A stretch of DNA of 32,000 bases from Candidatus Baldrarchaeum yapensis. GTDB lineage: Archaea; Asgardarchaeota; Baldrarchaeia; Baldrarchaeales; Baldrarchaeaceae. Shown here piece by piece: positions 10,015 through 19,775 of the stretch. The DNA lies in the NCBI GenBank assembly GCA_016840465.1, contig JAEOSH010000017.1, positions 1 to 32,000 of the forward strand. Direction: 5' to 3'. A program made the translations under genes and the position numbers. The notes below the pieces were generated by a model. That model made no database searches and was not told the DNA's origin. It saw only the letters and a program-made list of their open reading frames with translations. How positions within the stretch are numbered: the stretch's first letter is position 1; each line of letters opens with the position of its first letter.

Positions 10015-10512
10015 CTATATTTCTGCTTTATTGTGGATCTCCTCCAAGATCTCTTTGACCGCTACCGCGACCGCTCTCTCAACTTCGGGACTCAATTTGT
10101 CACAGAATTTCTCGATCCGCTTAACCTCTATCCCTATCAGGATAATATCCTTTCCTAAGACCTCGGGGCAAAGATTTGAGATCACAAATAGCGACTCTAA
10201 AGATCCGAGGTCGTGCAGGCTGATGATCTGCCTATCACACTCAGATCTATCCATTTTGGACATGATGTCAGCGAGTGAAAGCTTGTATACCGTTCCCGGC
10301 TTTCCCCCGAACTTCACTCCATCCACAACAATTACTTTTTCGTAGTCGCTCACTATGTCGAAAAACTCCGGGCCTAGGGCGCCCATTTCAAAAACCGAGA
10401 CTGAGGGCGGGAGGTTCCTATTTATGAGTTCCCTCACAACGTGAATGCCCACTCCGTCATCTCCCATCAATATGTTTCCGAGCCCGACGACCGCTATCCT
10501 TTTTCCTCCCAT
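10015..10512 (-). CDS. Hydrogenase maturation protease (HycI/HybD family)
   Basis: Motifs VGLGNILMGDDGVG, VIVVDG and SLHD. Lies downstream of the hydrogenase large subunit. Confidence 0.93.
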   Translation of the reverse strand: MGGKRIAVVGLGNILMGDDGVGIHVVRELINRNLPPSVSVFEMGALGPEFFDIVSDYEKVIVVDGVKFGGKPGTVYKLSLADIMSKMDRSECDRQIISLHDLGSLESLFVISNLCPEVLGKDIILIGIEVKRIEKFCDKLSPEVERAVAVAVKEILEEIHNKAEI

Positions 10513-10563
10513 AAGATCCCTTCATAACTCCGGTGACAAAAATAAAAATTTATTGAGTAAGGC

Positions 10564-11853
10564 TTACAGTCTTAAAACATGGACGGAGCATGAGAGACAG
10601 AAGTCGTAGGCCCTTATGAGCATGCCGCACTTTAGTGTTGCCTCGTCGACCGACAGGTTGGCAATATGCGGCCCAAATGACCATAGATCTGCCTCAGCGC
10701 TTGATACGTTGTGCACTGTCGGGGTGACGACGTTTGCGCTCATGACCAATCCGTTTCTTCCTATCCTGTACCCGTGATATAGGATACCTCTGGGGGCTTC
10801 GGTTACCGCCGCGCCTATTCCCGGCTTTACCTCGAATTCCACCTTTGGCTTTATGGCGGTGATGTCCAGCTCGTCTAGGATCTTGAGACACTCGTCGAAG
10901 GAGTGCACCAGTTCCATTGCTCTTGCGAGGTTCTGCAGGAACGGGTTCTGGGATGGGAATTTCACGCCGGCCTCGTCCGCTAGCGCCTTTGCATCATCAC
11001 TCAGTTTATCGTAATTTAGGTTCACGCGAGCCAATGGCCCGACGAGGAGTACATCTCTGCCCTTGACCTTAGAGCGCTTAACATTCGTCTTGGGGTCCGT
11101 GGACTCGAGTATGAACTTCGTGAACTCGTCCTCGGAGATATCAAGGCCCTTGTTGGAGCGCAGTCTTCCCTCGTTTATGGGGTACTCCTTCGGGTCCCAG
11201 AGCGCCACATGCTCACGATCAACAGTGAAATCTGGAACCTCCAGTTTCGCCACAACTTTTCCTAGTTTCTCCGCGTCCGGCTTTCCTTCCTTCAGCATTT
11301 CCTTTGCCTTTTCGACCCACTTCTGATCGGGAAGTTTGCTGAACCCTCCAACTACGCAGGTCACCGGGTGGGCCCAGCGTCCCCCGAGTTGCTCCACCAG
11401 TTTGTTTCCTAAGGTCCTTAGCTTTATTCCTAGGGTCACCAAGTCCTTATGTTCCGGTGACTTCAGCATGCTGAACACGCTTTCATGCCCAAAGTAGTCG
11501 GGAAGCGCCAAGAATGCGAGGTGAAGGCTGTGACTTTGTATCCATCCCGCAAATGCGAGGAACCTTCTAAGCTTCTTTATTTCCTCCGTGACGGATACGC
11601 CGATTGCCTTCTCCACAGCCCTAAGCGCGGTTATCTGGTGGGCAACATAACAGATACCACAGATCCTAGATGCGATCTCGTGAACCTCATCGTACTTGCG
11701 CCCCACGAGGAAGGCCTCGAACAGGCGTGGTGTTTCATCGATTATCAGGGAAACCTCCTTTATCTTACCGTTCTCCATCACCAATCTGAGGTGCCCTTCT
11801 CCCTCAACGCGCGTCAGGGGCTCTATGGAGATTACCTTCTCCCCACCACTCAT
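10564..11853 (-). CDS. hydA: Group 3b NiFe hydrogenase large (alpha) subunit
   Basis: TRVEGEG, L1 motif RICGICYVAH, EAPRG, and L2 motif DFCLSCSVH followed by a 4-residue cleavable tail (VLRL). Confidence 0.93.
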   Translation of the reverse strand: MSGGEKVISIEPLTRVEGEGHLRLVMENGKIKEVSLIIDETPRLFEAFLVGRKYDEVHEIASRICGICYVAHQITALRAVEKAIGVSVTEEIKKLRRFLAFAGWIQSHSLHLAFLALPDYFGHESVFSMLKSPEHKDLVTLGIKLRTLGNKLVEQLGGRWAHPVTCVVGGFSKLPDQKWVEKAKEMLKEGKPDAEKLGKVVAKLEVPDFTVDREHVALWDPKEYPINEGRLRSNKGLDISEDEFTKFILESTDPKTNVKRSKVKGRDVLLVGPLARVNLNYDKLSDDAKALADEAGVKFPSQNPFLQNLARAMELVHSFDECLKILDELDITAIKPKVEFEVKPGIGAAVTEAPRGILYHGYRIGRNGLVMSANVVTPTVHNVSSAEADLWSFGPHIANLSVDEATLKCGMLIRAYDFCLSCSVHVLRL

Positions 11854-12623
11854 ACCCCGACCCCCGCAAAAGCCATACTCGCGGCAGCATATTTTCTAAA
11901 CTTACGCCTAACATCCTCATTTGTCGCGCCCAACTCAAATAACAGCTTTGCCAGAGCCTTGGAGTTCGGATCCTTGGTCGGTCCTCTGCACCCCTCACAT
12001 GGCCTGTTGGAACTGGGGCAGAGCGCGTTGCATCCGCCCGCGGTTATGGGTCCCATGCATGGAATTCCCTTGAGAAGGAAGCACTCGTTCTCCCTCAGTT
12101 TGCACTCCACGCAGACGCTATATGGGGGAAATCTCGGCTTCACTCCCATGAGGAGGGACTTTATCACTTCCACGACCTCGGAGGGCTCTACGGGGCAACC
12201 GACTACGTAGGCGTCCACCTTGACGTATTCATCTATCCCGAAGGACTTTGTCGGGTGGCTCTTCGGCGGCTTCTCATACACCATGTCGACGAGTTTCGCG
12301 GTTGGCTCGAAGTTTCTGATCGATTGAAGGCCCCCAAAGCATGCACAGGTTCCCAGCGCAACCAGATACTTCGTGGATGCGCGTATTTTTCTGAGGTGCT
12401 CTATTTCCTCCGCCGAACATGCACTTCCTTCGACAAGTACGATATCATATGGTCCATCGAGGTTCTCGCTTTTGGCGATCGGGAAGTATACGATGTCTAT
12501 GTGGTCCAAGAGTTTCAAAAAGTCCTCACCCGCATCCACAAGCTGCAGTTGGCAGCCCCCACAGGAACTTAGCTTGAATATCGCGACCTTTGCTTTTTCC
12601 TTCATTTTAACTTGTGCCATCAC
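11850..12623 (-). CDS. hydD: Group 3b NiFe hydrogenase small (delta) subunit
   Basis: Motifs LSSCGGC, GTCACFGG and GCP, plus the C-terminal CVECK...C.GPIT..GC..LCP...C.GC cluster. Confidence 0.92.
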   Translation of the reverse strand: MMAQVKMKEKAKVAIFKLSSCGGCQLQLVDAGEDFLKLLDHIDIVYFPIAKSENLDGPYDIVLVEGSACSAEEIEHLRKIRASTKYLVALGTCACFGGLQSIRNFEPTAKLVDMVYEKPPKSHPTKSFGIDEYVKVDAYVVGCPVEPSEVVEVIKSLLMGVKPRFPPYSVCVECKLRENECFLLKGIPCMGPITAGGCNALCPSSNRPCEGCRGPTKDPNSKALAKLLFELGATNEDVRRKFRKYAAASMAFAGVGV

Positions 12624-12632
12624 ATTCCCCCC

Positions 12633-13481
12633 TTACACTATCTTATCAGGGAGGGGCTCAACCTCTTCGAACGTGAATACGGGTCCGTCCCTGCACACGA
12701 ACTTTGATCCTATCTGGCAGTGCCCACACTTTCCTATCCCGCAGTGCATCCTTCGCTCCATCGAGAGATATATCTGATTCTTCGCGAATCCCCTCTCTAC
12801 GAGCCCCTTGACCACGAAGTGCATCATTATTTCGGGTCCGCACACCATTACTACAGTGTTTTCAGGCCTCGAATCCATCTCCTCAAATAGCACGGTGACC
12901 ACTCCGACCCTGTGCTCCCATTCCACTCCCTCCGGCACCATGTCGACCGTGAGTCTCAATGTGAAGTCCTTTATCTTGCGCCATTCGTCCATCTCCGATC
13001 TATAAAGCATATCAAGCGGCGTACGTGCGCCGTAGAGCACCTCCACGTGCCCGAACTCGTCCCTGTGATTCGCAATGTAGTAAATGACAGGTCTAAGCGG
13101 AGCAAGCCCCAGTCCTCCCGCCACTATCAGTATGTTCTTTCCCTTTGCTTCCTCTATTGGCCATGGCCTTCCATAAGGTCCTCTTACCCACAGGATGTCG
13201 CCCTCCTTGAGTTTATGTATCGTGTTTGTGACGTTGCCGACTGCCCTTATCGTGTGCTCGAAGTATTCCTTCTCATCGGGGTTTGACGTTATGGAGAAGG
13301 GGGCCTCCCCGACGCCGAACACTCCGACCATGTTGAACTGCCCAGGCTTGAACTGGTACGCCTTCTTAACGTTTTCGTCCAGGAACTCGAGCCTGAAGGT
13401 CTTCGTGTCCCTCGTTTCCGTCTTTATTTCTTTAATGACCGCGGGGTGCGGAACATACGGGTTCGCCATCTCAATCACCAC
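12633..13481 (-). CDS. hydG: Group 3b hydrogenase gamma subunit (FAD/NAD(P)-binding, 2Fe-2S)
   Basis: Motifs PGQFNM, RGPYG, AGGLGLAPLR, CGPEIMM and CGIGKCGHC...C. Alternative ATG at 13469. Confidence 0.92.
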   Translation of the reverse strand: MVIEMANPYVPHPAVIKEIKTETRDTKTFRLEFLDENVKKAYQFKPGQFNMVGVFGVGEAPFSITSNPDEKEYFEHTIRAVGNVTNTIHKLKEGDILWVRGPYGRPWPIEEAKGKNILIVAGGLGLAPLRPVIYYIANHRDEFGHVEVLYGARTPLDMLYRSEMDEWRKIKDFTLRLTVDMVPEGVEWEHRVGVVTVLFEEMDSRPENTVVMVCGPEIMMHFVVKGLVERGFAKNQIYLSMERRMHCGIGKCGHCQIGSKFVCRDGPVFTFEEVEPLPDKIV

Positions 13482-14496
13482 TTAATCTTGTAACCGCATC
13501 CACCGGGTCTATGTGCTTCACGCAGAACTCCACACAACGCCCACAACCCACGCATCCGAAAACTCCATGCTGTTGCTTTATGTAAACGAGTTTGTGATAC
13601 ATCCTGTGTTTCAATCTTGCATCCCTTCCGGGCCTGAAGTTCCCTCCGAGGGCAACCGCGGCGAACTCCAGGAACATGCACGAGTCCCAGTACCTTATCC
13701 TTTCTCCCTCCTTGAAGTCCGCTGACACCCTGTCGATCACGCCGTAGCAGAAGCATGTGGGACATACCGTTGTACAGACACCACATGCCAGGCACTCATC
13801 CGCGAGTTCCTGCCAGATCTTGTCATTTATCTTTTCGAGGAGTAAGGTTTCGAGGTTTTCTGTTTTGATCCTCCGCTTAATGGACTCGGCTACCTTCTTC
13901 AGAATTTCGTCCCTTTTGGCAATGTCGGCATCCTCTGCCTTTGACAGTTCCTTGAAGCCCTCCACTATCTTCTTCCCGGCGTCGGTTCCCACTTCCACGA
14001 GGAACCTGTCGCCCAGATCGGTGAGCAGTATGTCGAAGCCGTCCTTGGCCCCCGGTCCGGTGCCGAACGACGTGCAGAAGCAGTACTCTCCCGCTTTTGT
14101 GCAATTTAACCCTATGATTACCGTATTTTCTCTACGTTGCGCATAGTACGGATCCTTGAACTCTCCCTCTATTAGCACTTTGTCCAGCACCTTTATCGCA
14201 TTGATGTCGCAAGGGTGCACTCCGAAAAGTACGATCTTTCCGTCGACCGCGGGCTGTTCGACCTTCGGCGTTTCATTCTCAAACTTGAACTTCAGGATCG
14301 TCTCCCTCTGCGGAAGCAATACCTTCTTCGGGGGGATCATCGTCGTTACGTAGTCGAGTTGTAAATCTTCCGCCTTTGAGATCTCTGCAAATACTACGAG
14401 GTTGCCCTTCTTCACTGGCCCTACGACGCGGTACTCGCGGCGCAGGTGTTCTATGAATTGTGGCAGTTGCTCTTTACGTAATATGAGGGTCTCCAA
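13471..14496 (-). CDS. hydB: Group 3b hydrogenase beta subunit (4Fe-4S, AsrA-like)
   Basis: Motifs FGVHPCD, CLACGVCTTVCPTCFC and GCVGCGRCVEFC. First gene of the hydBGDA operon. Confidence 0.92.
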   Translation of the reverse strand: METLILRKEQLPQFIEHLRREYRVVGPVKKGNLVVFAEISKAEDLQLDYVTTMIPPKKVLLPQRETILKFKFENETPKVEQPAVDGKIVLFGVHPCDINAIKVLDKVLIEGEFKDPYYAQRRENTVIIGLNCTKAGEYCFCTSFGTGPGAKDGFDILLTDLGDRFLVEVGTDAGKKIVEGFKELSKAEDADIAKRDEILKKVAESIKRRIKTENLETLLLEKINDKIWQELADECLACGVCTTVCPTCFCYGVIDRVSADFKEGERIRYWDSCMFLEFAAVALGGNFRPGRDARLKHRMYHKLVYIKQQHGVFGCVGCGRCVEFCVKHIDPVDAVTRLSGD

Positions 14497-15071
14497 ATCG
14501 CGTCGACCCCTGCTGAGGGGTTCTCTAGGAGTTTCATTACGTGAAGTAAATAAATTATTCGATAAAAAATCGGGAGGCGGCGATGGGCTCTAGTGGAAAT
14601 TTGAGGCGATGACGGGGGACCTAAAGCCTCTATTCGCACACATGTTCCCCCGCTAGTTGCAAATTTTTAACGGAGGATGGTAGGCGCGAAAGCGTTCTAT
14701 CGAGTACGCATATTGCACCTTTTCGGATCATTCTTTCAGAATCTTTTGCAACTCTTGAATATCCTACTCGGGCAATTGGTATAGAATTTAAATCTCCGCT
14801 AATACGTGTCACCTGATGTATTTGATCCGCAAAATTTCAATTCGGCTGCACGTCCCCGTTGAGAAAAAAATATTAAGGTATCCGGGGATGGACACGTTTC
14901 CTATCAAAAACTCCATTTCGACGTTTCACGTGTGGAAAAGGAGGATCCTGACGCCCGATTGATAACACTTTTCGCGAAAATGTTAGCAACAATTGGTTGC
15001 TGATTGTCAATAATCACCTCTGCAGTGCCATCGATCGATAAGTACATTTAGATGGTACATCTTGTACACTT

Positions 15072-15506
15072 TTGGTGTACAATATGGTCACGATATACGA
15101 GGTACTGGGAACACCGTCTGCCCATCGAGTGCTAGAGATGCTAGCGATATGGGGAGAACTGTCAGTGGAGGATATCGTTGAGAAGACGGGGCTCAGCAGG
15201 AACAACGTCTACAATGTTCTGAGGGGGCTGATGGAGGTAGGAATAGTGGAGAGGGTTCAGAGGGGAAGGTACAGAATTTCCGAGAATCCTAGGACTGTAC
15301 ATCTAATAAACTTCTACAGGGAGAACGCGGTTGTGCAGGTGGGATCCCATATACAGCTGATGCTCGAGGGAAAGGAACCGGCAACTCCGGAGATGGTGGC
15401 GCGATTGATCGAGATGTATGAGCCCATTTTGAGGAAACACTTCAGTTGGGTAATGCACTCTTTGGTAGAGATGGGCGCCATTGAGCGAGCGGTGGCGCAC
15501 GGATAG
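15072..15506 (+). CDS. Winged helix-turn-helix DNA-binding protein (ArsR/TrmB-like N-terminus)
   Basis: LSVEDIVEKTGLSRNNVYNVLRGLMEVGIVER...Y has a wHTH pattern. Likely ATG at 15084. Confidence 0.75.
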   Translation: MVYNMVTIYEVLGTPSAHRVLEMLAIWGELSVEDIVEKTGLSRNNVYNVLRGLMEVGIVERVQRGRYRISENPRTVHLINFYRENAVVQVGSHIQLMLEGKEPATPEMVARLIEMYEPILRKHFSWVMHSLVEMGAIERAVAHG

Positions 15507-15984
15507 AGTGATGGAACTCGTCCGCGAGGCGAAAACCCTCGTCGAGCAATTTCTTGACGTGGGGATTCCAGAGATCCCCGTGTACGTAACGACGGAGGAG
15601 GGGCTCAAAAGGGAACTCGCTAAACTGTACATGAAGAGAGGATACTCCAAAGAAGATGCCGAGGAAATAGCGGCTCGGAACGTCCGATTTCTCAGAGCCC
15701 TTTACCTCAGGGAGGAGGGTATGATTCTTCTGAAGGAAGGGAGTGGCGAGAACCTGCAAACCCTCGTGCACGAGTTTCTTCACATTGTGCAGAAATGCGA
15801 CGGTTCACCGCTCAGGAGGGAGAAGATCGTGATTTTCTTAACGTATAGGATGTTGCAGGACAAGTTTGAGCATGACCTCCTAACGCGAGCGGTCGTGGAG
15901 GAGTGGGAAGCTAAGGAGAGGTCCGTTGGATTAGAGAGAATAAAGCAAAGATTATTGGAAGAGGGTGATTGCAACGACCTCTAG
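15481..15984 (+). CDS. Hypothetical protein with an HExxH zincin-like metallopeptidase motif
   Basis: TLVHEFLH motif. Overlaps the end of the wHTH gene, suggesting an operon. Alternative ATG at 15511. Confidence 0.6.
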   Translation: MSERWRTDRVMELVREAKTLVEQFLDVGIPEIPVYVTTEEGLKRELAKLYMKRGYSKEDAEEIAARNVRFLRALYLREEGMILLKEGSGENLQTLVHEFLHIVQKCDGSPLRREKIVIFLTYRMLQDKFEHDLLTRAVVEEWEAKERSVGLERIKQRLLEEGDCNDL

Positions 15985-16148
15985 CGGTGTTTTCGACCCG
16001 TTTAAGTTTGAGATCGAAGATCTGCAAAACTCGGAGTTTCCTCCACTTCTGGTCACGACCGGGAAACTAAAATTTGGAGATGCATCATTCATTACTGGTG
16101 ATTACCCCCGCGCGGCATTCCATAGACTACAATTTTCGGGATAAGGCG

Positions 16149-17165
16149 ATGTACATGAAGATAAGGCTTCACATGAATGAGAATTTCTTCTTGGAGCGGG
16201 AGTGGCTGGTGAAGATCATTGCGAGAGTTTTGGACGATATCGACCCGAGAGTTTACCCGGAACCCTTTTCTGAGGATGTAAGGGCGTCCTTGGCCGAGTT
16301 CTACGGGGTGTCGCCGGACAATGTAGTGGTAGGAGCGGGTGGCGAACACATCATAGAGTTGGTCACGAAGACCTTCGGACGTGGTCATCGCGTGCTCACG
16401 GTCACCCCCTCTTTTCCCCTATTTGACAAGTACGCGAACATGTATGGAAGGGGTGTCGAGAGAGTTCCACTAAGCGAGGGGTTCGACCTTCCCGTGGATG
16501 AGATTGTGAGAGCGGCGAAACGAGGAGATGTCTCGCTTGTTATGATAGATTCCCCTAATAACCCAACGGGCAGGCAGTTCGATGAAGATAAAGTTAGAGA
16601 TCTAGTGGAGAAATTAAACGAGCGAAATGTTATCGTTCTGCTGGATGAGGCGTATGCCGACTTTGGGAGGTACTCCGCCCTCCCACTGGTGCTAGAGTTT
16701 TCCAATTTAGTGATCCTTAAAACCTTTAGCAAGTCGTTTGGGCTTGCAGGACTGAGGATAGGCGCGGCCATTGCAAGTAAGAATCTAGCGGATAAGCTTT
16801 TGGAGAATCTCCCGCCCTATGCTGTCGATGTGGTATCTCAACGTGCGCTTAAGGCGGTTATTGAAAACCATGATTATGTTGCCAAAAAGATAAACGAGCT
16901 CAGGAGGGAGAGGTCGAGAGTTTTCTCGAAGCTTAAGGAGATAGACCAAATAGACGTTTTCCCGAGCGATGCGAACTTCCACATGATAAGACTCAAGAGC
17001 ATGCGATCATCCGAGGTGTGTAGCGCTCTTGCGGTCCGTGGGATCCTAGTTAAGGATCTAACCGAAGTTTTCGGAACGGAGGAGTACATCAGGGTGACTG
17101 TAGGCACTCCCTCGATGAATGACGAGTTTCTGGCGACCCTGAAGAATATACTAACATCCACGTAG
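16149..17165 (+). CDS. hisC: Histidinol-phosphate aminotransferase-like PLP enzyme (HisC/CobD family)
   Basis: Motifs LHMNEN, SPNNPTG, LDEAY, KTFSKSFGLAGLRIG and IRVTVG. Start is likely 16149 or 16155. Confidence 0.8.
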   Translation: MYMKIRLHMNENFFLEREWLVKIIARVLDDIDPRVYPEPFSEDVRASLAEFYGVSPDNVVVGAGGEHIIELVTKTFGRGHRVLTVTPSFPLFDKYANMYGRGVERVPLSEGFDLPVDEIVRAAKRGDVSLVMIDSPNNPTGRQFDEDKVRDLVEKLNERNVIVLLDEAYADFGRYSALPLVLEFSNLVILKTFSKSFGLAGLRIGAAIASKNLADKLLENLPPYAVDVVSQRALKAVIENHDYVAKKINELRRERSRVFSKLKEIDQIDVFPSDANFHMIRLKSMRSSEVCSALAVRGILVKDLTEVFGTEEYIRVTVGTPSMNDEFLATLKNILTST

Positions 17166-17350
17166 GTGGAAGGTACAGTGCCGGGAGTGCACCCATACGT
17201 GAAGAGAATGTCATTTTCGTCGAGCAACATTTTGGAAGAATCTCTGAAAAGCTTATGTATTACCTAGCGGTATTACTTCCTTCGAAAGATATATCTTTTA
17301 AGCCGAGGTCTTTCACCCAAAGGAGGTCGGCGCACGCTTTCTTTCAAATT

Positions 17351-17385
17351 TTTATAATGAGGTGAAAAAAATTTACATTTTGTAA
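17351..17385 (+). promoter_or_regulatory. TATA box (TTTATAAT) and inverted repeat TTACA-N3-TGTAA over the predicted start site of the Nox/CoADR gene
   Basis: TATA at 17351-17358 and inverted repeat at 17373-17385, upstream of a GGTGA RBS. Confidence 0.35.
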
Positions 17386-17406
17386 TCAACTCAAAGACGA
17401 ATGGTG

Positions 17407-18744
17407 ATGACCATGCCTAAGGTGGTTGTTATAGGCGGAGGACCTTCCGGAATATGCGCCGCGTTCTATGCAAAGCAACAGAACCCCGATGCGGACGTCG
17501 TAGTAATAAGGAGAGAGCCGGGCTTTATAGTTCCGTGCGCAATACCGTATGCGTTCGGGCTCTTATCACCGGAGAAGATAATTTCGAAGAGCCCCGACAA
17601 CCTAGTTACCAGCGTCGGTGTGAAGTTGGTGATAGACGAGGTTGTGGAGATAGATGCTTCGTCAAAGGTTGTCAAGACCGCAAAGGGCGAGAAGTTTCCC
17701 TACGATAAACTGATACTGGCGACGGGTTCCGTGCCCGTGATGCCCCCAATACCCGGATCGGATCTAGAAAACGTTTTCCCGACGCCCAAGAGTCTCGACG
17801 CACTGTCTAATGTGGTAAAGGCCGTAGAAAAAGCAAAAAATGTCGTGATAATAGGAGGTGGATTTGCGGGCGTGGAAATAGCTGCGGAAGTTAGTCGACG
17901 CGGCAAAAAGGTATCAATAGTCGAGATGCTGCCGCATTGTCTACAATTGGCATTCGATGAGGAGTTCTGCGAGAAGGGTGAGGAGCACCTGAAGAATCAC
18001 GGAATAAATGTATACACTGGAGTAAAGGCGGAAAGATTCGTCGGGGATGGCGCGGTCAAGGAGGTCGAGTTGTCAAACGGTGAGAAAATACCGGCGGATG
18101 TCGTAATCGTAGCTGTGGGTGTTAGACCCAACACCAAGCTTGCAACGGACATGGGCCTCGAATTGGGACCATTCAAGGCGATAAAGGTAGACGAGCACAT
18201 GAGAACAAGCAACCCGGACGTGTTTGCTGCGGGTGACTGCTGCGAAAAAATCTCGTTCATAACGAAGAAGCCTAGCAACTTAAGATTGGCGTCAATCGGC
18301 GCACGGGAAGGAAAAGTCGCGGGTATAAATGCAGCTGGTGGAGATGTCACCTTCCCGGGAGTTATCGGAGTATTTTCAACGGAATTCCTAGGGTTCGGAA
18401 TGGGCGCCGCCGGATTCACAGAAAAGGCGGCGAAAGAGGAAGGAATCGATGTGGTTGTGGGCAATGCGGTCGGCTTCGACAAGCATCCGTCCACAATGCC
18501 CGGCACGATGCAGATGCACGTGAAACTTATCTTCAGAAGAGAAGATATGAAGTTAATAGGCGGTCAGGTGTGTGGCGGCTTAACTGCGGGAGAAATTGCC
18601 AACATGCTGGGATTCATGATCTACAAGGGCGCAACCGCCGAGGACCTGGCGAACATGCAGTACGGAACGCAACCAATGTTAACACCACCGCCGATATCAT
18701 ACTTGGTGTGTAGAGCCGCCGAAAATGCTCTCAGCGAAGCATAA
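17407..18744 (+). CDS. FAD-dependent pyridine nucleotide-disulfide oxidoreductase (NADH oxidase / CoA-disulfide reductase family)
   Basis: GGGPSG FAD motif, single-Cys PCAIPY, GGGFAG NAD motif, TSNPDVFAAGD, and a C-terminal dimerisation domain. Confidence 0.9.
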   Translation: MTMPKVVVIGGGPSGICAAFYAKQQNPDADVVVIRREPGFIVPCAIPYAFGLLSPEKIISKSPDNLVTSVGVKLVIDEVVEIDASSKVVKTAKGEKFPYDKLILATGSVPVMPPIPGSDLENVFPTPKSLDALSNVVKAVEKAKNVVIIGGGFAGVEIAAEVSRRGKKVSIVEMLPHCLQLAFDEEFCEKGEEHLKNHGINVYTGVKAERFVGDGAVKEVELSNGEKIPADVVIVAVGVRPNTKLATDMGLELGPFKAIKVDEHMRTSNPDVFAAGDCCEKISFITKKPSNLRLASIGAREGKVAGINAAGGDVTFPGVIGVFSTEFLGFGMGAAGFTEKAAKEEGIDVVVGNAVGFDKHPSTMPGTMQMHVKLIFRREDMKLIGGQVCGGLTAGEIANMLGFMIYKGATAEDLANMQYGTQPMLTPPPISYLVCRAAENALSEA

Positions 18745-18749
18745 TCTCC

Positions 18750-19763
18750 CTAGTATCCTCTTTCTATGTCGACCATGTTTATCGGCTCCTCTCCCCTATA
18801 GATTCTTTTGATATTTTCTGCCACCTGCTTCAGCATACCCCAATATCCTTCCGGCGTTATGGCGGCCCTGTGCGGCGTCATCACTATATTCGGCAGTTCA
18901 TGAAACGGAAATTTCGATGGGTGGCATCTTTCCCCCTCGGAGCGCGGGTACCTGTACCACACGTCTATTCCGGCTCCGGCAATCCACCCCTCCTTGAGCG
19001 CCCTGTAAAGCGCCTCTTCATCGACCACCCTTCCACGTGCAACGTTTATCAGAAAGGCCGTGGGCTTCATCATTCTCAATTCGCGCTCCCCAATCATTCC
19101 ACGGGTCTCCTTGGTCTCGGGCACGCAGATGACCACGAAGTCCGCGTTCTTCAAAACATATTCTAGATCCTGAGGCCCGCCGAGAAACTCCAGTCCCAAC
19201 TCTTCCTTGATCTTGGGATCCGGAGTCCTCTTTATCGCAATTACTCGCATGCCCAACGCCTTTGCGCGCTTCGCCAGCTCCCTCCCCACGTGCCCCAACC
19301 CTATTATACCGACCACCTTTCCCTCCAATTGCACCCCCATGTGCTCCCACGTGCCCAGCCATATACCCTCCCGCAACATTCTATCGCTTTCAACGACCCT
19401 TTTCGCCAGTGCAAACATCAATGCAAGTGCGTGCTCCGCCACTGATGGCGCATTGCCGTGAGTGTTTGCAACTTTCACGTTAAGACCTCTAACTGCCTCC
19501 AAAAGTTCCGCCCTGACCCCCGCTCCGAGCACTTGTATCAACTTCAGGTTCTTTCCTCGCTCCAACACCCTTCTCGAAAAACGTGCACCAAAGACAATAT
19601 CCACATCTCCTATTGTGCGTAAGGCCTCCTCATCATCCCGTGCAAGAAGAAACTCACAGGGCACATCAAGTAACTTCTTTAAATCGTCAACGTAACGCCA
19701 GTAGTTTTCCGCGACAAGGATCTTTAATGTTTTCCCTTCACGTTTCTCTTCATAACTGTTCAT
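18750..19763 (-). CDS. D-isomer-specific 2-hydroxyacid dehydrogenase
   Basis: Motifs VAEHAL, GLGHVG, INVARG, AGIDVW and TPH. Confidence 0.92.
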   Translation of the reverse strand: MNSYEEKREGKTLKILVAENYWRYVDDLKKLLDVPCEFLLARDDEEALRTIGDVDIVFGARFSRRVLERGKNLKLIQVLGAGVRAELLEAVRGLNVKVANTHGNAPSVAEHALALMFALAKRVVESDRMLREGIWLGTWEHMGVQLEGKVVGIIGLGHVGRELAKRAKALGMRVIAIKRTPDPKIKEELGLEFLGGPQDLEYVLKNADFVVICVPETKETRGMIGERELRMMKPTAFLINVARGRVVDEEALYRALKEGWIAGAGIDVWYRYPRSEGERCHPSKFPFHELPNIVMTPHRAAITPEGYWGMLKQVAENIKRIYRGEEPINMVDIERGY

Positions 19764-19775
19764 TAAATCACCGCG

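Noticed and set aside
10564-12623. Selenocysteine-containing hydrogenase
   Set aside because: The L1 and L2 motifs have ordinary Cys codons and no in-frame TGA.
14497-15071. ORFs 14451-14639 and 14630-14812
   Set aside because: No homology cues. The region has the look of a divergent promoter.
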